Part shown: positions 25,001-37,903 of the stretch, one piece after another
Position numbering within the stretch: the stretch's first letter is position 1
Layout of the letters: each line of letters starts with the position of its first letter
Assembly (NCBI GenBank): GCA_965235115.1
Contig: OZ249445.1
Coordinates: 13,206,001-13,270,000 of the forward strand
Reading direction: 5' to 3'
From: Laetmonice hystrix
Lineage: Eukaryota
DNA: 64,000 bases
Position numbers and translations under genes: made by a program
Notes under the pieces: model-generated
The model's input: only the letters and a program-made list of their open reading frames with translations
Told to the model about the DNA's origin: nothing
The model's database searches: none

Positions 25001-28000
25001 CCTCGACCGGAAGCTGAGAGGCAGCGTTCCGGGATTACCTTTCGCTAGGATCCGATCACGAACTGATGAATGTTTCCTGAGCATTAACTCCCGGCAGAAT
25101 TACAGTAATCTCAAGTCGCTGTTAGTTTACATCTTCCTGAGCTGCGAATATCAGGCGTGGTTCAAAACTACCCCGGCAAGGGAGGATAAAACGAAGTATA
25201 CTTTGTGTAGTATCCGTTCGAATATATTTTTTTTCAAGATAATTATATTTTACCTCAAACGGTGGCAATTATGTCGTGACTCCAAGTGGAATTCAACATG
25301 CAGCAATTATTCCTGAATCAAACTATGTATGAAAGATGACTGAATATCTTCTGTACGATCGGTCAGTACAGAAGAACGTGCACCGCCCTCCAGGCATATC
25401 CTTAGGGCAAAAATGTTCTACTTTAACTCTGAGGTAGCGTCTCGTATACTGAGTAAAACACCGGTCTGAAGTATATGTGCGACATGTGGATATGGCTGGT
25501 CAGACACGCCAATTAAGGTTCTACATTCGGCATGTCCTTACTGACACGGCGGCAGATACATACGCCGACCGACAGAAGGGAAAAGACAGATACAGCAGCT
25601 GGCTGCTGTGCAGCAAGAATTAGCTCTGCCCCACCGGGAGGAACGTCATTTGGAGAGGGCCATAGACCATGAAACTTTAAACCAATCTATAGTGAAGCCC
25701 AGGCGTTCTGTAGAACTAGAACAACCAGAATATGCCAGGATAATTATTGTCCCGTCACCTTTAGTTGCTTAGCAACAAACATTCGATTGTGTCTAAGGGA
25801 GACGGATCGAGAAACTCCTCATTTGGATACCTTCACCGTGACAATAATACGCTGAGATCACAGGGGCGATCACGTTTCCCTTTCCTTCATACATAATGGG
25901 CAAATGGTTATTAGTCCCACATAATACCAGGGTCACCACCGAGCATATTACTGACACAGGTGGACGTCACATTACAAGAGGAACACTGCGAGGATTGACT
26001 CCATCACAATCGTATGGTGAATGGGACGACCTTTGCGGACGTGAGGCGGCAGCCTCGCGTCAACAGGGCACAGTTACTAAAAACTTCACATCTCGCTTTT
26101 AGCTTAAGCTTAACGTTTCTGATTGGCTGGTCTAAGCAGACCAGCCAATCAGAAGCGTTAAACTTAAGCAAGATCTTAAGTTTTTAGGAACTGGCCCCTG
26201 GACTTATGTTGGCTACACATAACATATGAAGAAAGCCCTGCCACCCACGGTCGACAATCAGATGATACGGTATTTCAATAAATGAGATCATTGTGGGGTC
26301 GATAACCTTTATATCGTCTGACATAACGCCGGCGTCAGATTGACACCATGCAGCATCAAGACTTGAGTCGGCTTGACTCGGCAATCTTTTCACAACCGTC
26401 ATCAGTCACTTCCTGCAGGCACCATAAGAGTTCTCTGCAGTAAATGTCATATGAATACCTTATGCGATTCTGTATCTTCTACCTATATGTGTAGATAAGG
26501 TGAAGTCTCCCCGATTTTGCCCCATCTATACCAGCCCGACGTTATACCTACAAGTGTGCGTGTATTATGCTGGGGTGTATACCTCCCAACGTTATACCTA
26601 CAAGTGTGCGTGTATTATGCTGGGGTGTATACCTCCCAACGTTATACCTACAAGTGTGCGTGTATTATGCTGGGGTGTATACCTCCCAACGTTATACCTA
26701 CAAGTGTGCGTGTATTATGCTGGGGTGTATACCTCCCAACGTTATACCTACAAGTGTGCGTGTATTATGCTGGGGTGTATACCTACAAGTGTGCGTGTAT
26801 TATGCTGGGGTGTATACCTACAAGTGTGCGTGTATTATGCTGGGGTGTATACCTACAAGTGTGCGTGTATTATGCTGGGGTGTATACCTACAAGTGTGCG
26901 TGTATTATGCTGGGGTGTATACCTACAAGTGTGCGTGTATTATGCTGGGGTGTATACCTCCCAACCGATGCTGACATTTCCACATGATGAATTATTTCCA
27001 CTCAATAGACCTCCCGCAAAGTTCATGGGGGATCTGCCATGAAGGTGACAGCAGATCGCCCGGCACTCAGAGACCACCGGCTCCCAGCGTGCCAAACGCT
27101 TACGTGTGAAGCATGTCTCTCCCAAATCAACCTATAAACTCGGGGAACTGTAGGGTAAGGGGCCGGCGTCCACGTCATGTGGTGTGTTATATGATGAATT
27201 GATTCTTTGGAACCAGCTGGCGGATTCCCGCTAACCTAGTCCGCGGTGCCATTATAAATATAAATACGGAGAAATATACATAATCTATCGCAGTGGTGAG
27301 TTGCCAAAGTAAATCTTATGGAAAAACGCCTTCTCTGGGGAGCTAGGGTAAACAGTTTTGACTCGAACAAGTCACTCGAATGTATCATGGTTGCTACAGT
27401 TCAATTCACACGCTGAGTCTGCCTCACTAGTATTGCTTATTTACGAGTTTGAATGTATCAAGAATGATACATTACATTAGGTGTTGATTTAGAGGTGGGG
27501 ATGGGTTAAGCCAGGCGCCTGTTGCTATCCTCGCTGGGCGGTGGCACGAGGGCGGGGTGGTAGAATGGCCGAGGAGGTCTCTGTTTGCTGGGTAGCCGTA
27601 GGACGACACCAAGCGGCGCGGCGGGGAGCTGGCCCGGTCGTAAGTTACCCGGGGCACACTGAGGCGTGACACCTCCCTGAGTTTACTCCTACTTCATACA
27701 TGATACTCCACGCCCGTATCCCTCAAACCTTCTTCTAGAACAAAGATCTCAGCGCCAACCTTTGTCTTTTTATACCGACCACACATAAAGTCGGTGGGAA
27801 GCTCGGATCCTTAGGCAGCTACATCAAGCATCCAGTATTGCGTGGGATAATTTATATACATCATGATGTACAAGCTACTTCTATAGGGTGTCGCCAGTAT
27901 GAGGCATATTGAAGCAATCTGAGATTATTTCTTTAAGACGCACTTATGTATATAATTTAGTGTTTATATAAAACATGACTGTTGACCACTGCACATCTAT

Positions 28001-31000
28001 ACTTTACGTGAGACAATGGTGTACTCCAGATTTGGGCTTATATTTATAGCTACAGCGTTGCAGAGGGTAGGGTTATCGGCACATGTAACGAGTTGTTTGT
28101 GTCCATGGCCCGAGGCTGCATGGCTGTCTGACAAGCTGTCAGTCAACCTATAGCACGTCTGTTTGACTTCACCGTAACCATGGTAAGCATGTATGGATAC
28201 TTCAAATTTAGAACTGTAATATCTAAGAAATCTGAATTTTCATTATTAACAGAGAAACGCCTCATGATGAATGTAAAATAATACAAAGTTATGAGCAGAG
28301 GCACACACAAATATGATGATGTTTTAGTACCCCGTAAACTCTCCTCGCATGGACAAAAAACATGACAGAAAAACGTGGCCAGGATTGATGGTTGTACAAT
28401 GGAAGTCCCCTGGGCTAATGTAAAATTCCGGCCTCTTACCTGTATTAAGATGATCACAGGTCGCTCTCCCTGGGATCCAGTCCCTGAGTCTATGTCGGGG
28501 CTGGTTGAGGCGAGGTTTATTCCAGCCAGATTGGTTCCTGGGTCCCATTATCCCTGCCTAACAGCGCAAGCCTGAAAGGACATAATAAACCTCCCATATC
28601 AACGTCTTGTAGTCAGAATGTTCATGTTAACCAAATAATAAGGACAAGTATGTTTGGAGCTCATAAACTCGGGCATTCCGGACTGATTGATAATTTACAT
28701 TCATATAATACTACATGGTAGTGATATTATACTTTCCTTCCTTCTTACCCTGACAGTCCTCCCCGAAATCGTTTTAGCTATTTGCTTGCACGGGTTGACC
28801 TTCATTGTTCGTTTCACAACACGTATATTTAATAAATTTTCGCAACTCTCTTAAATCTTTGTTGGGGTTCATGCTCTTCCGGGTGTGCACCACCTACTTC
28901 CGGTTAGGTCTATATATACGCCAAACATTTGGTATATCGGTCATGTCACTCAGCATTTAATTCTATGGAATCCTTACCCACAGCCCCACAATTATACTGG
29001 AATGGTTAATGTATAATGTTATTTTGGCCACATTGCTGTTAGGGAGATTGTCTGGGGAAGAGAAGGCGGACGATCCTTGAGCGCCACCCTAGACATTCTT
29101 ACCGGCTGGAGACACTTTGTTTATAAGGGTGGGGTACATAGATTTTGCCCCCTTCCCTCACATTGCTGGTGTTTTTCCCCCCGAGTGCTCAGCCTCCGAA
29201 AGGTCGCTCTGGGCAGTGTAGATGACATCTGTTCAGTGATAAAGCCTCTTGAGATTATCGTTCCTACAATTGCGGGACGTTAGCGGCGACAGGATCTGCC
29301 GTAGGAGGCGGCGGGGACGGTAGGCGGCCTCGCCCCCGGCTGTAAGTGGGACCCTTGACAAGGATATGCACTCGCTCTGGGCTACACCACATGGGGCAAT
29401 ATTGGTGGGTCGTCAGCCCAGCCCGGCCCCCACCAGGCGGCGGGCACAGCGCAGGGTTGGGGCACTGACCTTCCCATGAGGCCGGCATATGTCAGTATCG
29501 TGTATTGTGGAGCCTTTACGTAATCGTAAAGTATGTGTATATGTTTTATGGTTCTGAATACAGAACTCACCCAACACATATACATAGACCGCGTGCTACA
29601 TCGGGCTATAACGTTAACCACGTGTACGGAATAAACTCATGCATTTTTTTAGGGACCGACGGTTTTGATTTATTCGCACTACATGGTTTAAATGCAGAAT
29701 CATACAAACTTGGTCACGGTGCTGCATCAGCAACGGGGCAGCTGCAATCATGGAAAGGAGTCAAAATACTAGAAATGATAGTGAGTGTTTGGACGAAATG
29801 ATAACACGGTAAAAGCTGGGTGAAAGGGCAGGGCTATAGTAGACAAAATGGGGTGAGGGAAACAGCGCCAGTATTTTATCTTTTTATCAAAGACCCTGTA
29901 GACATTAACATGACGAGATGTACATGCATGATGAAGTCTCTCGTAATGCAGCTTATTTCAAATATAATCAAATAACGGCGTATTGGCCCAGAGATGGGGC
30001 AAAATCGGGGAGACTTCACGTTATCTACACATAGCAAAGTGAAAAGCCTAGGCCTTTTTAGAAATGTGGACCAGGCTAAACTTCTCTCGTAGCGTTAAAT
30101 ACGGGGTGGTCAGCCGGTAGTGGGAGTAAACAACCCCGGTTTTGTATCGCCATATACTGAAGTCAAGCAGACGTCAAGACACGTTCCGTTGATCCCGTCA
30201 TATTGCATAAACGCAATAACACAAGGACCTTGTCCCTTAAAAAAGAAGCCTTTTTCTTCTAACGTCGGCATTTCAACGATCACCATTGTATTCTGCTTTG
30301 GTCATAGTGTTATAGCGGCACGGCAAAGAGGGCAGCTAGGTTTGCGGCATATATTGTCGGTTTTTTCCACACTCTGTTCAAGCTTATAAAAAGGAACTGA
30401 CTGCGCACTATATTTAGGCCTATTTTCCGTCTCCATCAGTTCAGTGCCGTCTTTCGCAATTCCATACTGGAATCCATCGTTTCTTTTGGCCTCTTCAACC
30501 TTCTCTCCTTCTCTGGGACAATATGGAGGACCTGTGGCATGTGGTCTATGTCATCGCACAAGTAGTACCAAATGACAGTTTAGAAGACTCCGTTCACAAG
30601 GAACTAGTTTATCACCAATGTTCCCAACCCGCCCAAGTCTTTTTGTGGAGGTCTCCTACAGTTGTGCCGTCACAAAGGTCGACGGCTCCTGTCATCGTAG
30701 TGTAAACATAAGGGCACTACATTGGAACGCCAGGCTAGTGAACTGACGTTATTAGTGAACCCACGACTAGTGACTAGTATGTAGAAAGCATGTGTGGAGC
30801 AGGAGACACAGCTCTCGTGAATCGGGATGCGAGGAACAAGCGACAAACTACATGTGTGGTCAAAGGCCAAGGAAGACATTCCGTGTTTGTGAAGATGTTT
30901 GTCACTGTGTTGATTTCCCCTACAGTTACTGCCTCGTTGGCGCCTCTGATGTGTCAAAAATGTGCAGGGCCTATACATTTTGGTCTCTCTTAACGACCTT

Positions 31001-34000
31001 GCACAGAAAAAGAATATTATCAGTCTATAAATAACAAATTGAGGATACTGGACATACTCTTCACGTGTTCAGCCCACAGCACATTTTGGAGAAAAAAAAT
31101 AATTCCCAACACGTTGGCCTCCTTTCGACATGTTAAAGTGGGACCAGAAGAAGTTTCTAATAGGCAGTTGTCGGCCTATCTGAATTATAAGATTTATTAA
31201 AAATAAGGCACTTCTCTTTAACTCAAGATGGAGAATATAGTAAGCTCCAGAGATTATTTAATTAGGGAATAGTAAACGTGGCATGGGACCTATGCAGTCA
31301 TATACACATGTCTACGTCAAGGAGGCTATTATGTTGCAATGCTCTAAAATTTAAAAAAAACAAACTACAGCAGCAGGCCATGTGGAATTCCAACAGAGAC
31401 ATATGCAATGAAAATAAATAAAGACAAATGGAATTCTCTGCCAGAAGTGACTCTTGTAAACTTTCTATTGTTCTATTGTTTCATGAAATGTGTCCTAAGT
31501 ACAAGGTCCACACATCGCACCAAAGGGGGTCGACAATATCTTCACTTAACTCGTCTAGCATTAATCCATGAAAAAGGGGAAATGTTATTAAAATATTATA
31601 TACTTCCAGTTTATCACCTATTGCAATACAATATAGGTACAGGAATGGAAAACTTTGGAAAGTATTCTGAAAGAACGCCCACACTAGGCCAACTAGTGAG
31701 TGGCGTCCACTAGAGACGGCCTTTTCTTCCACACCAGAGAAGATGACAAGCTGTCTGTTCTAAATGAGCACCTCTACGACAGCCTATCAATCCATACAGC
31801 GGGAGACCTTTAACGGTCCGATGACACCTAGTGACATGATACGTAATGGTTGTTCGTAGGGGTGTGGCCATTCCAGCTGTTACCAGTCGACTTCCCGAGT
31901 CTGTTTAAAATTTAGATTCCCTGACTACCGGAGATTTCCCTCTGCGGTGATCGCGCAATCTTTGAGTCAATCCAGATGAGTCGCAGCGCTAGGCGCACGT
32001 GCGTCGACAACGCCTGTCTCTTTGAAGCTGGCAGTGCTAAAGTTGCTATCCAACTGTTTTTCAATTATACACGTGTTAGTGTTTTACATTCAATTTTCTC
32101 CCTCAAGTGATAGGGGAGGCGGCCATTACAGACTTCTACATTGAACTGTGCATTTTCTCGGTAGAGGGTTCACCGTGGAAAGATCAAATGCCAAGGCAGG
32201 GCAGCTCTCGGTAGCAGGTACATAGTTGATTACATAGATTTTAACATTCAGGCGAAGTCGTGTTACGAAAATACGACTGTAAAATTTGTTTCCTGTAATA
32301 TGTTCTGATCGGACAATCCTGGAACGAGTTTCTTTATTCTCGACAAGCGCCACGTTTTTTCTTCTTCTTAATCGGACATGAAGCACTCCTATTCCACCAC
32401 ATCACTACTGCCGTTTGTCACTTAGGGGATAATCTGAACCGGGACTTTTTTTTATTACAGTGACAGAAGTCATCGTGTGAAAAAAGTATAGTACAGCAAC
32501 CAACGCCGTCTAAACGAATGACTAATATCATCAGACATGTGATTATACTGTCTTTCAGGGTCCAGCGCAGACACGCAGTCCATATATTTACCTCTAATTA
32601 CGCTAAAGGTTTTTATGACTCCCCCTCTCCCTCCAGCCTATGGTACTAATTAAGCACTCTTTAATACATTTCTTACAATTCTCTTTTGGTTGGAGAACCC
32701 ATTGATCTATAAAAGTTTTTCACATAGAAAATAATAGGAGGTTGATTGAGGGGACCTTCCCCCCTTTTGTTCTTACCCAAACAACTTATTCATATCTCCT
32801 CATACCAACTGCTTAAATACCAACTTCCGGATCTGACGACCTCTGACCTAAACGGGGCCTAATGACTACACTAAGCGCAACTTAAGGTCAAAGGAAGTTA
32901 TCTAAAGCTCCGCGAGATTATAGCCAGATTTGCTGCCCCTGACATTTGTCTCTCTTTCAAAGTGACAAATTTTATTGATAGGGCACCACGTGGAATCCAT
33001 TGGTTTTGGCGTGAACTATATGTGATCCTATTATGGAGGCAAACCTTGACCAGAGCGACGTCTGCTCCACGAACCCGGCCGACACAATTTGAAGGTGGCT
33101 GCCGTCGTAACTAATTGAACTCAGGAGCAGTGAGGGCACGCCTCCCACTCCAAACCTCAAACCAACAGGCTTGGCGTTACTCCCTCACTGAATGCCTTCA
33201 GCTGGTGCTGGCACGAGCATATGTTGGATATACATGTAGTTCATTTTTACCATATGGAGACACGTTGAGGTTGTGCCCGGGTGAGCGGTAACATTTGCGG
33301 CCAGTAAAACCTAACTCCCTCAATTACATGCACATAATAATATTATAAAAGACAGGGTATAAATAATTTACACAATAGAGCTATCTTTTTTTAATTATCA
33401 AAAAGATAACTTCCTTATGTTTTAAATCACTCTGCCACCACGACCAGGACAAGTTCTACGAAAGACAACGACGCCCATTAGAGTGACCATTAAAAAGGAG
33501 GTGATAGTAAGCCCTCTGCCACTCAAGATAACTTATAATTCTCAAGTAGTCTGTCACGGCTTATCGACGGCTTACACACAGCTGGTTTATAGACGGTCGG
33601 TTCACTTAACCGCCAGTCTGACTCACAATGACCGTCTCGATTTTTTTAAAGAAGAAATACCAGGGTCTGGTATCTCTGGCTCGAAGGATTTTCAGAAAAT
33701 TTAACTAACCGCTGAATTTAGTTTTACTCAGGTAAAATTAAAACAAGGCTAAGTACAGGTATTACCCTTTTTGAATGAAAAAAAAAAGAGTTGGTCTGCC
33801 CCCCCCCCCCCGCCCCCACCCTGACGGTGCTTTGTAATCATTTTCACAGTCAATGGACATTTTACGCTACATTTTGGAGTACAATACTATTATAAGAGTA
33901 TCATATTCTGAGTTATTCACAGCTCTCTGCTGGCCCACAGCGAGTTTACCGACTGCGTAGACCACCCCTACACGTGGCCGGTCTAACATAAACATGAACC

Positions 34001-36068
34001 CGTCCGAACGTAACGTACCCAGACCTCCTCACACACTGACACCACAAAACTTCCAGCACTCGTCCTCAGAGACCTCAGAGTCGGACAGATCGACAGCTAT
34101 ACATTATAGCACAAGGACTGATTAAAGCGAGCAAACTATCCCATTTCCAATGCCTGAATGAATTATTTCCTTCCGACCGAGATTTGACGGAGAAAAAAAT
34201 ATTTTAATTCAAATATCTCAAATGCTCCAAACCTCGATGTCTGAGGTCATATCGTATCTTTTATCCTCGCGAATTTAACTTCTTGCATTCGACATGAAAA
34301 CACTTAAGAGGGGCTGAGGACAAATATTTGGATATCATAGCGGTCTTCGCTTCAATCCTTAAGTCCCTACACTTTCCATCCGCCTGCGGTTAACGTATGG
34401 ATAGTCGTTTCCACCGTCTTGAAATTGCTTTCAATCTCTTTAATCTTTCTGATACCCTAGAGGCTACATTCAATCAAATCATAAATAAAACCATAGCAGC
34501 AAAACATGCACATGGTGTGTGACGTAAATTAAACCCATAAAAAGCTTCATTTCCCTACCTGCAGCACATCACTGAAGTGAGATATCCCAGTTAGGCAAAT
34601 GCTTCCACACTTCAGCTGGGGAAATGTATACTTTTGGTTCCTGCCTATCGCTCAATAATTGGCTAACGTCTGCAGAGGGAATTTGTCTATGAACACACTG
34701 TCCCGAGTCCCACCAGTTCTGTACTCTTTCCTTACAGGAATGTGGCTCTTTTTGCGCCAAAATATTTGTACAACTGCCGGCAAATCGGCAACCCAAACAT
34801 CAAGAACGTAAACATGCACGAGCTGTCAAAACACGCAAGCATGTCAGTCATGGCCGTACGCAGGTGACACTCCAACTACAATCTGATGGACCCGTCAAAT
34901 GTATATAGTTACTGCTTTCCATCCCTTGAGGGCGACACTTAAAGATTACTGAAAAAATATCTCGGCTCTTTTGGGCAAACGATTGCTGGATTATACCGCT
35001 ACAAACAGAGATTTGAGTAACTTCCTTCTGTCTGAACGGGTGACGATCACTGATCGATGCTGATAGATCTTTTGAGGAAGTTTGTAGCCTGATAACTTAT
35101 GTTAGCTTTCCTGGACGATAGATCTATGCACCAGTGAAGATCTTAAACCGGTAAGGGGATCCGAATGTAGCTCATCAACCGTCAAAGAACGCAGTCGACT
35201 TGGCAAATATGGAACGCGTTTCAAATATACGGATGTGGCGTAGACCACGTGGACGGACTTCACCTTTTGCCATGATAAACCGGCATAAAAACTCTTTATA
35301 TAGGGCACTTTTCTTCAGACTGGTTGTGGAAAACAGACGTATTGTTCATCTTAATGTCATTAACGCACATATGTGGGCAGTATTTAAGATTTTCTTTTCA
35401 ACACTCTCCCCAACAAATATCACCACTAATTCTAATTCAAAAATTGAGAGAATTCTTTGCTTTGTGTTTCAGTGTTAAAGCTGCGAGTTCGTGAAAATGT
35501 CATTGTTGGACGAGATATGAGGTTAACAGCGCAGAACAAGAAGAAGGTGCTGAAGAAAGGGAGTCTCACCAAATCCGATCTCCGCAGACTCACAATGTAC
35601 ATCCCGGACGGCGAAGGCTGCGAGTGCCCCGCAATTGATGACGTCACTGGTTCCACCAAACCCGTGTACCTCATGATGGGCAGCAAACGTCAGGGCCGCG
35701 TTCAGTTGACGTACGTCAGCATCTACAACAAACGCAACAAGGAATTCAGGCGGGCAATGAGGGCAATACGCAAACAAAATATTTGTAAGAGTGGCTTGAC
35801 CGTCATCACTGGCGACTCGGCCAACCAGGACGGTACAGCGTCACCAACTCAATCGTCGTCAAGGCCACCAGAGAGAGCCAATGGACGCAACAAACCGAAA
35901 CGAAAACGGGACCGGAAGACGAAACGGGCCCGCCAGACACCAGCCCCAACGACGACGTCCAACGGCAATCACAAGGACCGAAGAAACCGGAAACGGAAAG
36001 GAAACTCTCGATCTCCCAGCGGTAGAAGGGGGACCACGCTTCACTCTGTAACGACTGCTAGTCCATAG
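15490..36068 (+). CDS. SFRP1/2/5: Secreted frizzled-related protein, sFRP1/2/5 type, 410 aa; join(15490..16048,23496..23573,35473..36068)
   Basis: Signal peptide, SEYLY...SGR linker, 10-Cys frizzled CRD (PKCIDIPANLSLC...LCSLFSPVCLDRPIWPCRSLC...MLRCDKFP...C), netrin/NTR domain with six Cys (VCGAC, FCS, CECP, ICK), no transmembrane helices; both introns GT-AG phase 1; CDS 1233 nt. Confidence 0.94.
17161..17540. repeat. CT-rich polypyrimidine microsatellite flanking an assembly gap
   Basis: (CT)n/(CTGT)n tracts on both sides of the N run. Confidence 0.85.
17282..17484. other. Assembly gap (203 N) in sFRP intron 1
   Basis: Run of N. Confidence 0.99.
18329..18531. mobile_element. Possible degenerate MITE (TTAACCC start, piggyBac-like end)
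   Basis: ttaaccctatatgtcaagtgca ... tgcacttgacatttgggtt, imperfect inverted repeat of about 20 bp; right-hand TTAA not intact. Confidence 0.35.
23496..23573 (+). CDS. SFRP1/2/5: sFRP coding exon 2 (78 nt, start of NTR domain)
   Basis: tgttgtAG acceptor; DDQVCGACSKPDTFEGIVHNFCSADI; donor GTAAGT at 23574. Confidence 0.9.
   Translation: MIKFVAPAANRTRLRGLFTTSAVPI
24459..24701. repeat. Minisatellite, 20-bp unit (agtccccaaaccttcccgtc), about 12 copies
   Basis: Direct tandem copies. Confidence 0.93.
26064..26200. mobile_element. Small palindromic MITE (PIF/Harbinger-like ends, tentative) in sFRP intron 2
   Basis: About 23-bp terminal inverted repeats (cagggcacagttactaaaaactt / aagtttttaggaactggcccctg) plus an internal 32-bp stem with 4-nt loop (26102-26169). 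Confidence 0.7.
26541..26965. repeat. Minisatellite: 4 x 50-bp units followed by 6 x 35-bp derived units
   Basis: gttatacctacaagtgtgcgtgtattatgctggggtgtatacctcccaac, then atacctacaagtgtgcgtgtattatgctggggtgt. Confidence 0.93.
35473..36068 (+). CDS. SFRP1/2/5: sFRP coding exon 3 (NTR domain + basic tail)
   Basis: tgtttcAG acceptor; VLKLRVRE...GCECP...YLMMG...EFRRAMRAIRKQNIC, then an about 85-aa K/R-rich tail; TAG at 36066-36068. Confidence 0.92.
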
Positions 36069-36218
36069 GTGATGATTCACACAAGGAGAACGAATGTACT
36101 TAAAACGTGTATGTACGCTGGTGCCGACTGAAACGCGGACGGATCTGTGTTACGATATAGCCGCACTGAATTGTTCTACAGCGGTCTGGCCTTTCTTATA
36201 ATGTCCAGATCCAGGGAG

Positions 36219-36224
36219 AATAAA
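36219..36224 (+). terminator. Proximal polyadenylation signal candidate for sFRP
   Basis: AATAAA 150 nt after the stop; a longer AU-rich 3'UTR is also possible. Confidence 0.35.
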
Positions 36225-37659
36225 ACATGAAAACACAGATTGATCACGACGATCATCTTCAATGATATCCGTACCCGAAAAGACTGTTAAGGCCAATTAG
36301 ACGGCGAATAACTATATACAAGGGGATCTTGCTATTCAGTATTCAGTATACATTTGTGTCGTTTGCAGATACTGGTAAAACATAAGAAAAAAAACTAAGT
36401 ATATAGTGATTATTTCCATGATAGTCTTAGATTTAACGGAGATCAACGCGTACTCAATTCATTTAGTTCTGGAGGGGGTTTCTGATGACATGTTTGTCAC
36501 GTACAAGTTGGACGTCGATAACTTATTGTTATAACCAATCAAGAGGATGTTACTCTGCTACAATTAAGTCAATAATTTGATATAATAATTTGAGCAAATC
36601 GGATGGCTCTCCTACACACACGTACTGTATATAAATATACATCCATAAGTTCAGTTGTTGCTGCCATGTGCAAGCGCAAAATTACTGAATTAACTATAGT
36701 CCCATTCTTGAAAGTCCACACTGATAATCAGAATTCCGCTCCGTTTATTTAATAGAACCCTTTCTGTGGTGGTTTCCAAGAGATCACTATATTAATTATT
36801 ATTTTTGACTATTATTGTTATTATTATTACTATTTGGATTTGAAGGCGTTGTGTCTATTCAATCGATATCATGCGTACTTAGTATTCAACATATTAGATT
36901 AGACTGTTGTGCTTTACATTTGTACATATTTCATATGTAATGACGTTTAGGCCTAATGTTAAAACACCCCGTGTTTGCCGCGTTCGAGGGCTGTATATCA
37001 CGTGTAGGTAGGTATAGTCTGTGTGGTGTCACTTTCACCTATTTTAACACCACCCATTATATAAGAACACCAAGTCTTTGTAGCATATTTCCTATGGCTA
37101 TCACGAGTATACGTTCTGTTTCTGTGTTACACATGTAAATACAAATACCAGCTTGTCTTGTATTCGCACTTTGTTTCCACACCTATACTTGTATATACAC
37201 CCTGAGACATACGCCCACCCCGTGTCTGCACACAAGCCCCTAACAACAACCCGGAACGTTCCTTATCTAAGGCGCACACAAAATAGAACCGAATGCTAAT
37301 TCTATGTTGTTTTGAGGGGCTCTCGCCAGAACAGATAGCCAACCCCTTTATCTACATTATACTATCTCTATAAATAACGCCACCCGTCCTGAAAACAAAT
37401 GATGGGGCAGCTTATGTACCGATCAGTCGCAATATAGTGTATTCTGGCCGTCTCGTAGTTAGGCCTCATTGTCCTATTAAAACTGTATGTGAAATTCTTA
37501 AGTCGTTCAACGTGTTCATATCTTGTTTTATAATGTTTCGACTGACTTTGCGTTTTTCTTATATGATAGCGTAAAGAGGTCCGCAATAAATATTCCTACC
37601 CTGAAAATGTGTTGATTGACCTGTTACAAGCAACTACCACACTGTTACATTACAATTTT

Positions 37660-37903
37660 CATGGCGGGTCCACGATTTCAGGAAAGTGGAGGAGGGGCAT
37701 CTTTTGGTGGATAATAGGTGTTCAATTTTTTTTTTTGGGGGGGGGGGGAGGTCTGGGGACCCTACCTCAGAATTTTCTCCCTGAACGCCGGAAACGTGTT
37801 TTCTCAACATATTGAATCATTCATGCATAAAACATAGAAAATAGGCAACAGTTTGGAAAATAGGGGACTAGCCGGGTGCCCCCCCCCCCCGAATCCGCCA
37901 CTG
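37660..37903. mobile_element. Non-autonomous DNA element of the CAGTGGCGGAT...ATCCGCCACTG type (degenerate)
   Basis: Left catggcgggtcc and right gaatccgccactg inverted ends, with internal poly-G/poly-C and ggtctgggg motifs. Confidence 0.55.

Noticed and set aside
26500-27042. Three overlapping ORFs of 135-180 aa
   Set aside because: All three frames are open because the minisatellite unit lacks stops on this strand; no coding signal.
30420-31000. Possible decayed coding or TE fragment on the minus strand in sFRP intron 2
   Set aside because: Codon-like stretches are broken by stops and frameshifts and I could not recognise a family; needs tBLASTx.
34300-34800. Possible pseudo-exon or retro-fragment on the minus strand
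   Set aside because: No recognisable motif and internal stops.
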